A stretch of 64,000 nucleotides of DNA from Macrostomum lignano (taxonomy: Eukaryota). The stretch spans positions 86,022 to 150,021 of the forward strand of contig NIVC01001215.1 of NCBI GenBank assembly GCA_002269645.1, written 5' to 3'. The notes beneath the pieces are model-generated. The model had not been told where the DNA came from and made no database searches. It saw only the letters and a list, made by a program, of their open reading frames with translations. The position numbers were made by a program, and so were the translations under genes. This document shows, in pieces, positions 1 through 9,109 of the stretch (position 1 is the first letter of the stretch; each line of letters starts with the position of its first letter).

Positions 1-296
1 CCACTTCAGACTTGCCTAATGGAAGCACTGAGCTTTTAAATGCGCTGAGCAAGCCGCTGGGCCTTACTAAGTTCCTAGAAAAAAAATAATTGTAATATCT
101 TGCTTTCTGGACTTCTAATGTACATGTATGTTTACATAGGCTTTTTTATGTTGATTCGAAGGCTGCCTACTAGTTAATTTTTTTAAATGTAAGAGGCGAG
201 ACATAAGCAATTTTTTTTAATCTTGACTTCTGGGAAACTGCTAGAATTAGGGACAGTGGGTTTTAAACTTAATAATTGTTGTTAAAGGGGCGCCAA

Positions 297-526
297 GGGG
301 GCCGTAGCCCAGCGGTAGCGCAGCTGCTCTGGTGTGGCCAGCGACCCAGGCTCGATTCCAAGTGCAGTCATTAATTTGGGCTGAATTAGAATTTCGGCTT
401 GGCTCTGCTCGTGCAATTAACGGCCTTGAGAGCCAACCCCCAAGGCGCAGTGAAGTGTACATGCCTAACGATAAATATAAAGTTAGGGCCGCTGTACACT
501 CCTGTGTGTGTGTGTGTGTGTGTGTG

Positions 527-558
<32 letters not shown>

Positions 559-649
559 CTGCGTACGTATCCGCGCGCTTGTATGCCTGCTCAGGGGAGT
601 CGGCGGAAGGCAGTAATGCCTCTCGCTGGTTGTGTGCCATGTCGCTTAA
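297..649 (+). mobile_element. tRNA-derived SINE with 13-bp target-site duplication
   Basis: Starts GGGGCCGTAGCCCAGCGGTAG (A-box-like, 305-318) with B-box-like GGCTCGATTCC (349-359). Internal (TG)n tract. Flanked by direct repeat AAAGGGGCGCCAA at 284-296 and 650-662. Confidence 0.6.
503..557. repeat. (TG)n microsatellite inside the SINE
   Basis: Near-perfect TG run with one interruption. Confidence 0.95.
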
Positions 650-1799
650 AAAGGGGCGCCAAATCAGTGGGCAGTAAAGTTTTGAGAGCCTATGTAGAAC
701 AATACATAACCCTTAAATTGCATCCGATGAGCTTATATGACGTAAAAATTCGCCTCCGAAGAGCTTTCATTTGAAAGTTATGTCTTCCTTTCGCATACTA
801 GCTGCATGGTCAAGAAATTCTGGCCTTAGTATAGGCCATAGTGCTCAATGTTGACGCACTCTTAGGACCACTCAGAATACTCGTATTTTACTATAAGATG
901 CAATAATAGTCGAAGTCGAAGACGATAGTTAATAGACAACGATTTTATGTTATATTTGCAGATATTTTCTGAACTTCTGAACTAAATTCAAACAAAACGC
1001 AGCCAAACTTTATGGATTCAAAAGTTTAAGAGTTTGTAACGGAATTTTCACTTTGGGCTTTTCATACGAGCGTATTACCAATTCCAGAATCAGAATCGGT
1101 TCGGATCTTCCAAGAAAAACAGCAGTATAACTATTTAATTCTGTTGAATGTTTGACTGCCTTAACAACCTCACTTTGCACAATTTTTCACTTTCTTCTTG
1201 GCGATTGTCATTCAATAATAAAAACTTTATAGCACATATCTCCTCTAGTTATGGAGACAAAAAGTTATACTTCACAAATTGGTTCTGGTTCTGGAACCAG
1301 AACAAGCAATATGAAAAGGCCCTAGGTACGGTCTAACGCGGCGCGCAGCTCAGCTCGCCGTGCTCCCGTCTAAACGCCATAATTTTAGTTGCTGTATTAC
1401 CGACTAGACGGTCGTCAATAGGCTGAGCTAGGGCCTGCGCAAGTAGAAGAATTGGAAACTATGTTTCTTGGAAAATTTTGAATTTAGGAGGCCAGGTTTT
1501 TTTCAAAAAATACATTACAGAAACAGGTTTTCATTTTTATAGGGCCTAGCTCTATTGATATTTTCTATACTATGCCTAAAAAAATAAAATGCATGGCATA
1601 GCTTTACTCATCATTTTTATAAATCTATTTATCTTTTCTATCTGTTATATAATATTGTTATAGTCAACTAGAGCCTCAGGCTAAGAATTATAAAATTGAT
1701 TCATGAGATGAAACCAATGAGCCAAGCTTTTTTATTTTTTTGGTTTCAAGGCTATCAAGACTATAATACTATAGGCCTATAAATTATAAGTGCAATATA

Positions 1800-3262
1800 T
1801 ATTTAATAAAAAATAATTTTTTAAACAAAAAGCTTTTTAGAAAGTAATAGAACTAGAACTATAAAAAGGCAAATTATCTCAAATGATAGGCCTAGTTAGG
1901 GCAAGCCCCTTGGCCCCCACTCTGGCAAATGTCTGCTTGGCCCACTGGGAAACCAAAAATTGGATGTCTCTTAACTATGCCCCAAATTCTACAGGCACTA
2001 CATCGATGATACGTTTGCTATCTTAAATTTGATCAGGAGCAAAAAATTGATCAGTTCCTCCACGGCCCACGCTCTCAACTCCACTCATAAGAACATCAAA
2101 TTCACGGTTGAACATGCTGTTGACCAGACTCCTATTCCTGGACATTGGCATTGACTACAGACAGTAAGGAAACCCTCTCCACAAAAGTCTTCCATAAGAA
2201 AAGCTTTACCAATCTCATTCTCAATTTCCAAGCCACTTGCCCCAGACAATGGAAAACTGGGCTTGTGAGGTGTTTGCTCCATAGGCATAGAGCTTTCACT
2301 ACCTATAACACCTGGATCAACTTTGACTGGGAGGTGCAGTTCCTTACCAGACTGTTCTATCAAAATGACTACCCCGTTTGTCTGGTTCAAAAAATCATCA
2401 ACAAGTTCATCTCGGACAAAATCACCAAACAAAAACCTAAGCAATCTGTTACCACTGAAGAATTTGAACCCATTCTGCGTCTCCCCTTCCTCGGACCTCC
2501 ATCTCTAGCCTTGAAAAACAGAATGCATAGGTTATTCTTTGCCTCTTTCAATAGTAATATCCAGGTTGTCTTCTACATAAACAAGATTGGAAACTTTGTT
2601 AGCAGATTAAAGTTGCGTGTTCCTCGTACTCTGTGTGCAGGTGTTGTTTACCAATTTAACTGCTCTGTGGACCAGAGCGTCTCCTACGTGGGGAAAACCA
2701 AAAGACACCTACACACGAGGATCAGGGAACACTGGCTCAAACCACCTGCTATACAAACTCACCTCTTTGAATGCACTAACTGCAATGACTGCAAACCAGA
2801 AGAACACTTTAAAATCATTGACCAAAGCCATACTGATGCCAAACTTAGAATTCTCGAGGCCCTACACATAAAAGCTCAGTCCCCAAATCTCAACACCCAA
2901 TTACAACATAATGGTGCAGGTCACGTTCTCTGCGTTTTCTGAACAGTGAGTGACACAAACGTGTATGCTGTGTACACTTAACTTGACGTTCATTTACTTA
3001 AGCTACCACCCCTGATTCTGCCTTTTGACCACTGAACAAGAATTGTGTACTTTTGGTTTATTTTCAATCTTAATCTATAATTTTCTCTCCTACCTACCTA
3101 TGTATGTTGTTAAAGCCAAGTTGTAATCAATTGTTTTCAATCTTACCCTCCTTATCTATGTACGTTGCAAAAACCAATATTTAATCAATTGTTTTCAATC
3201 TCACTTTCTCAAATTGTTCTAATAAAATCCTAACGATGCACAATGGTGTGCAAAGTTGTTAG
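1800..3262 (+). mobile_element. Penelope-like element (RT + GIY-YIG endonuclease), decayed and frameshifted at the 5' end
   Basis: Broken RT motifs: GxPLAPTLANVCLAHWE (about 1900-1955), PKFYRHYIDDTF (YIDD 1999-2010), LNSTHKNIKFTVE, LFLDI. These are followed by open ORF 2145-2942 with thumb region and GIY-YIG signature SYVGKTKRHLHTRIREH...HFKII...LRILEALHIK...PNLN. The 5' boundary is approximate. Confidence 0.88.
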
Positions 3263-3962
3263 AAATTGCAATCATATTCAAATATTGATATTAAGCTTTC
3301 TAAAATGCTAATAGGTTTTGTTCATCTCTTGTCATATTTAATTGCTGATTAAGTGGCAGTTTTGGTTGTCAACTCAGATTCAGTTCCAAATCAGTAGGAT
3401 TTGGAGCTCCTCATAGGTGACTGGCCTTGGGATATGATCAGTTAAGTTTAATGTTTGGCATCTATTAGTAGGATTTGTTGGTGCAGCTTCGGCTGTGGTG
3501 GCATGGTTTGGGGTCTGGAGCTCCTTCTATATGATCGCTACTTAGACCAATTGCCATGTTGTTGAGGTGCCTAAAGGTCAATCTTTGTCAATGGCTTTGG
3601 CATCATTATTGTTGGATTTAGATTTGTCAGCAGATGATAAGGTGTAGCAGCTGTCAGCATTGCTGCTGAACCTCACTCTCTTAAACACCAGATAGCAAGC
3701 AGGTTGGCAGCGGTTGTCACTGGCTATGCTATGGTCCCAGTCCTTGTCACCTTCAGCTAGTAGATGGTGGCTCCTAGTAAGGCAACATGTTGTGCTGCTA
3801 AAGCTAGTAAATAACCTCTGCATGTCTCGATAATGGCTGGCAGATGGCCTTGGCTTTGTTGCCGGCAGGTGCAGCACTGTCAGTGGTTTGCTGTCAGCTG
3901 TTGATGATGTTGGCAACATAGCCTTGCCATTGGACTCCTTCAATGTTGCCTCAGTAGTAGAC

Positions 3963-3986
3963 TAGGGTTAGGGTTAGGGTTAGGGT
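3963..3986 (+). repeat. Short interstitial (TTAGGG)n telomere-like tract
   Basis: TAGGG TTAGGG TTAGGG TTAGGG T. Confidence 0.6.
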
Positions 3987-4645
3987 ATTACAATATTATA
4001 AATATTATGTTTCTATAAGGTAGGCCTACAGTTTAAAGTTATTGTTATTGCTTTTATAAAATCTTCATTTTTTAATGAGTAAGTCCCTCTATTATAATAA
4101 ATAGTAAATATTTCTTAATATCTATTTAAAATATTTTGAGTTTTTTGTTAGTTCTAGGCTAGAAATACTGATATCATATATGCAATTTCTAAAATTATAT
4201 TATACTTGTCATGTGGATTAGTTTTGACTAAAAATATGGTAAGAGTTTTTATTAAACATTATTTGCAAAGTTTTTTATCATAATAGTCCCTAGTAGTACT
4301 TTCTTAGCCCTAATTTAGAGATTTGAACAGTATTATTTCTTTGTATTATCATTTGTTAAGCTTTGGATTTTATAATTAATATAAAGTCTATAATTATATC
4401 TTATATTCATTGAGCTAATAGCTTAGACCTGAGATTTTTTAAAAAAATAAAAAATAATATAAATTTATATTGATACACTGTTTGATTGAAACAAATGCAA
4501 TCATTGAGAATTTTTTTAGCCTGCTTAATCTATTTTAATAGACGAATTAACTGAATATAAGCATTAGTTTAAATGTTAACTAGAGCAATGAGAGAACAAA
4601 TGGGGTTGCAGGCCCAGGACTAAAAAATTCTATGAAGGCAAGGTG

Positions 4646-4792
4646 CAAGAGTATTAGTGTAAGAGTATTGGTACAAGAGTATTGGTACAAGAGTATTGGT
4701 ACAAGAGTATTGGTACAAGAGTATTGGTACAAGAGTATTAGTGTAAGAGTATTGGTACAAGAGTATTGGTACAAGAGTATTGGTACAAGAGT
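4646..4792. repeat. 14/15-bp minisatellite (CAAGAGTATTGGTA)
   Basis: About 10 tandem units. Confidence 0.95.
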
Positions 4793-5013
4793 AAAGCTAA
4801 TAAGTCATAACAAGCATACAGTCATTCTCAGTTTAGTCAATTAAGGTGCAAGCAAGCTCAGTGTTGCCTCAATATTTTTTAATCAATTGCCCTTTGTAAA
4901 TTCACAGTTAAAAAATAGAAAACGTAAATGTCTGATTTTATACACATTCTGACAGCTTGATTGAGAGCCAACCTGGAAACTGAGATGTCAATCACCTTCT
5001 GCAGCTCCAGGCA

Positions 5014-5559
5014 ATGCCAGCAACTGGCCAGAAGCAGCAGTTTGCCAACCTCTTGTGCGAGTACTGCGGCGATGAGCCCGCTGCAGTGGCCTGCTCTGCG
5101 CCCCGCTGCAAGCGCCTCTGCTGCGCCTGCGACGCTGTCTGGCATGGCCACCCCGAGCGCCGCAGCCACCGCGCCACCCGCAAGGAGATCCCCCAGGCTG
5201 CCTCGAGCTCTACGCGCCATCAGTCGGCTCGGCTCAAGGCTGAGGACGCCCCGTGTCCAGCGTGCACTCTGCTGAACCCGCCCGATGCCCACAGTTGCCG
5301 CTTGTGCAACACTCCGCTGCCACCGCGAGCGGCTGGTGCCGATGTTGCCCACCTGGAAGGTGTCGACCTGCGCGCCAGCATGATGGCGCAGGAGCGGCGC
5401 CAGCTGGCGCTGGTCAACCGGCTGCACCAAGAGTACCGAAGCCTGGCTTCTGGCAAGCACCTGGAGTGCCGGGGTTCGGCCTCTGATAAGCACCTGGAGT
5501 ACCGGGGCTTGGCCTCCGACAAGCACCTGGAATACCGGGGCCTGACCTTCCAAAAATAA
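5014..5559 (+). CDS. HOIP/RNF31-like B-box + RanBP2/NZF zinc-finger protein (181 aa, single exon)
   Basis: CEYCGDEPAAVACSAPRCKRLCCACDAVWHGHPERRSH resembles the HOIP B-box (C..CD..xHGHPxRxH). CPACTLLNPPDAHSCRLCNTP is an NZF. AATAAA overlaps the stop at 5555-5560. The C-terminus is a 33-bp x3 coding repeat. Confidence 0.7.
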   Translation: MPATGQKQQFANLLCEYCGDEPAAVACSAPRCKRLCCACDAVWHGHPERRSHRATRKEIPQAASSSTRHQSARLKAEDAPCPACTLLNPPDAHSCRLCNTPLPPRAAGADVAHLEGVDLRASMMAQERRQLALVNRLHQEYRSLASGKHLECRGSASDKHLEYRGLASDKHLEYRGLTFQK

Positions 5560-6196
5560 ATTTTAATGCGTTTATCGAATCGTGTTTTCGTAGCCAACAG
5601 ATCGTTTTGGTTTGTTTGCCGATCTGCTCTGGTGACTTGCAGTTGTGCAATAATGAAATCCAACCGTTTCTGTTTCAATGACATTGTTCTGCTTTCATTC
5701 AGTACCTTTGACCCGGTGTCGCATTTTATGCTCACAAAGCAGATTTTTCTATATTTATTCGGGAGTGCTTAAAAGTATCCCTTTATTGCTCCAGTTTACC
5801 TTAGCGTTACCGTTGCCTCACTGGTTGCATTATATTCTATCCGGCTTGATGTCAGTCTGTTTTTGGTTATTTTCTCAGTTTTATAATACAAGCATTTGCT
5901 ACCAATTGAACCGAATTGAAGTTTGTTACTTTATCAACTTTTTGACTGCTTATTAGCCTAAATTTTACCTGTCAACGAATGAGACTACTTCTAATTTAGT
6001 TTGTAAGTAGTAGCTTAGCAAATTATGCTAGGGGACAGGGTAGCTCAGCGGTAAATTTCGCTAACTTTCTCACGCTACGAACCCTGGTTGTTTGACCGCC
6101 CCCTGATAATAATATTATTATTTGTACTCGTAGTAGTAGTAACTTATGTTGAAAATATAACAAAATTTCTGTCTGGCAACTGCAGCTGATTGCCCA

Positions 6197-7307
6197 ATGA
6201 CTAGCAGCGCTACAGTGGTGCTGGCCACCTCGGCCGAGACCTTCGAGTCCGCCCTGGCCTCCGCCAAGCCGGGCGGCCTCTGCCTGCTGCACTTCAGAGC
6301 TGACTGGGCGGCCCAGTGCGTCCAGATGTCGCTGGTGATGGACGAGCTGGCCAAGGAGCCGGCCTACTCAGCTGTCACTTTTGTCAATGTGGAGGCTGAA
6401 CAGGTGAGCTGTGCGGAGCTGCTTGCTGGTCAAAGTGAGTCGCAAAATCCATTTGATTCAATCAAATCGCATGCAGGTGCCGCAGGTAACCAGCAGGTTT
6501 GGCGTCCTGGCGGTGCCCACCTTTCTGCTTGTGCGCAGGGCGGCTGAGAGCCAGCAGCCGCAAGTTATGGACCGCCTGAACGGTGCTGACCCCGCGGCCC
6601 TGGCCGCCAAGCTCTCGGCCGCTGTGTCCGCCACCGCCCCGGCTACCGGCGGGGACGTCGCCGCGGCGCCAAAAGAGACGCAGGCGCAGCTGGAGGCCCG
6701 CCTGAAGTCGCTGCTGACCCGCTCGCCAGTCTTGCTGTTCATGAAAGGCTCGCCAGACGCGCCTCGCTGCGGCTTCAGCCGGCAGATCGTGGAGCTGCTG
6801 CGGAAGCACGCCGAGGTGGCGCCTTTCGACCACTTCGATATCCTCACCGACCAGGCCGTGCGAGAGGGCTTGAAGAAGCTGAGCAACTGGCCAACCTACC
6901 CGCAGCTGTACGCAGCCGGCGAGTTGCTGGGCGGTCTCGACGTTGTTCGCGAGATGGACGAGGCCGGCGAGCTGGGCCCCGCGCTGAAAGCCGCCGTGAC
7001 GGCCCGCCTGGAGAAGCTGGTCAAGGCCGCGCCAGTCATGCTGTTCATGAAAGGCTCGCCAGACGCGCCCCGCTGCGGCTTCAGCCGGCAGATCGTGGAG
7101 CTGCTGCGCTCCGAGGGCGTCCAGTTCGGCCACTTCGACATCCTGCAGGACAATTCCGTGCGAGAGGGCCTGAAGAAGTTCAGCAACTGGCCGACCTTCC
7201 CGCAGCTGTACGCTGATGGGCAGCTGTTGGGCGGCCTGGATATTGTGCGGGAGATGCAGCAGGCCGGTGAACTCAAGGAGTCCCTGCCGGCCAGTTGCCG
7301 AGCTTAG
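6197..7307 (+). CDS. GLRX3: Glutaredoxin-3 / PICOT (Trx-like + 2 CGFS monothiol Grx domains), 345 aa
   Basis: Exon1 6197-6403, GT-AG intron 6404-6476 (73 nt, phase 0), exon2 6477-7307. Motifs [11 protein letters not shown] and two copies of [19 protein letters not shown]...FDIL...VREGLKK.SNWPT.PQLY..G.LLGGLD. Confidence 0.97.
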
Positions 7308-8257
7308 GGGAAGCCATGAGTTGCCAGCGACTTCAGACTTGGCTGAACTGGGCTTAGATTGGGTTTTCATACAGTCCGCCATGGCAACACTTTGATGCGT
7401 AGATCATTTCTGTAAACTTCGAATATCCCGGTTGCCATGGCGAACTTCAGCTAACTAGCAAGATGGATTGATTTCCAACAATAGACTCTGCTTTGACCAC
7501 CTGGTTTGCGCCTTGGTTTGCATGGCAATATCAGCAATATTGTGACCGTAGTGTTCTGGACTAGCAGGACCATCTGAGAGCGGTTCAGCACTCTCTTACC
7601 GTGTTAATTTGCTTCAGTGTTCGATGCTTTTACTAAAGAAACTCGGGGTTCAGAATGGAACTCTGTGTGTTTGCTAGTTACCAGCCTCATTCTTTAAACC
7701 TTCCGTGACTTTTATTTGCTTCATTCTTTGTCCGTTACATTGAGTTCTAATTAATACTCTGGCCAGCAGTCTGGCAGCCTTAGGGCACCTCGGCTGGCGC
7801 GGGTCGATCGATGCCTCCCCCCAGCAAGTCTCAGCTCCCGCCCGCTGGTCGGACAAAATCGATTTCTGGGCCTCATGGAAACGGGCAGAAAACTTCATCA
7901 GCTGCCACTAAAAATTGATCGCGCCCCTTCGATCGATTCTTCAGAAAGGCCAGCGTTTTTAGATAGCGGATACAGACGTGTGGCTCCATTTGGCCTGTTT
8001 CAAAAACATTTTCAGCAACATAGGAACATTGAGATGGCTACAATAGATTACTATCGTCAGCTGCAATGAGCTTGAGTGTAAGGAAAGTCTTCACGAGTCT
8101 CTTGGCGAAATTCAATGCAGTCATTTTATCATCATCCAGCACTGGCAAGCACATTATTCATATTTTGCAAGCACATTATCACTTAGCCGAATGACATTTA
8201 TTATACGAGCAACGGAAATAACATAAATTTCAATTTGTCATCGTGACGAGTTCGCCA

Positions 8258-9109
8258 TTACTTGTCAAAGTCAGAGCCCTCGTCACGCAGCTTTTGCTGC
8301 ACAGCCCGGAAGAACTGCTCTCCGTCGCGCTCGGCAAACTTAAGCATGTCCTGCTGCGCCGCCTTGGCGAAGGCCGGATCCAGCTCCTTAAGCTCGCGGC
8401 CCGTCTGCATGGCCAGCAGCTGGTACATGGCGCAGCGCTCCAAGTAGTAGGAGTAGTGGAAGGCCATGGCCGCGGTTCCCGCTAGTACCAGGTAGCCGTG
8501 GTTGGCCATCATCAGGCAGGTCTTGTCAGGTGCCAGGCAGGAAGCCAGCCGAGCGCCCTCTGAGTCCTGGACGGAGACGCCGCTGTAGTCCAGATCGTAG
8601 GCGATGCTGCTGAGAAAGTACAGGCAGTTCTGGTGCACCATGCGCAGTCGGGAGTCCTGTAGGCAGCTGAGGGCGGTGGCGTACGGACTGTGCAGGTGGA
8701 AGACCGCCTTGGCCTCGGGCCGGGCCTCGTGCAGCGGTCGGTGGATTGTGGCCGCGGACGTCTCGGCGCGACCGTTGCCCTCCACTACCCGACCTGCAGC
8801 GTCGAGGCCGACCAGGTCGGAGGCGCGCACGCGGGACCAGTGCAGGCCGTAGGGCACCAGCAGCATCAGCTCGGCTCCGGAGCCGTCAGCCGATGGCGTC
8901 ATCAGGCTGAGATGGTTGCAGATGCCCTCGTTGTAGCCCAGCTGGTCCAGGGCCCTGTAGGCTGCCGCCAGGTCCACCCTGGCTTGCCAGTTCTGCTGAG
9001 CCGCTGTTGTGGCGCACCGTTTCTCGCTGAGCTGGCGGATGCCGGTGGCCACCGGCTGCAACAGCAGGCGGCACCGCGTCCAGCCGTTGCGTACTGCTGC
9101 AGTCAACAT
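8258..9109 (-). CDS. Class II aldolase/adducin-head family protein with N-terminal mitochondrial-like presequence
   Basis: Intronless 283 aa. Motifs RVDLAAAYR...EGICNHLS...PYGLHWSRVRASDL...IHRPLH..RPEAKAVFHLHSPYATALS...MMANHGYLV retain the Zn-binding His residues. Arg-rich, acid-poor N-terminus. Confidence 0.9.
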   Translation of the reverse strand: MLTAAVRNGWTRCRLLLQPVATGIRQLSEKRCATTAAQQNWQARVDLAAAYRALDQLGYNEGICNHLSLMTPSADGSGAELMLLVPYGLHWSRVRASDLVGLDAAGRVVEGNGRAETSAATIHRPLHEARPEAKAVFHLHSPYATALSCLQDSRLRMVHQNCLYFLSSIAYDLDYSGVSVQDSEGARLASCLAPDKTCLMMANHGYLVLAGTAAMAFHYSYYLERCAMYQLLAMQTGRELKELDPAFAKAAQQDMLKFAERDGEQFFRAVQQKLRDEGSDFDK

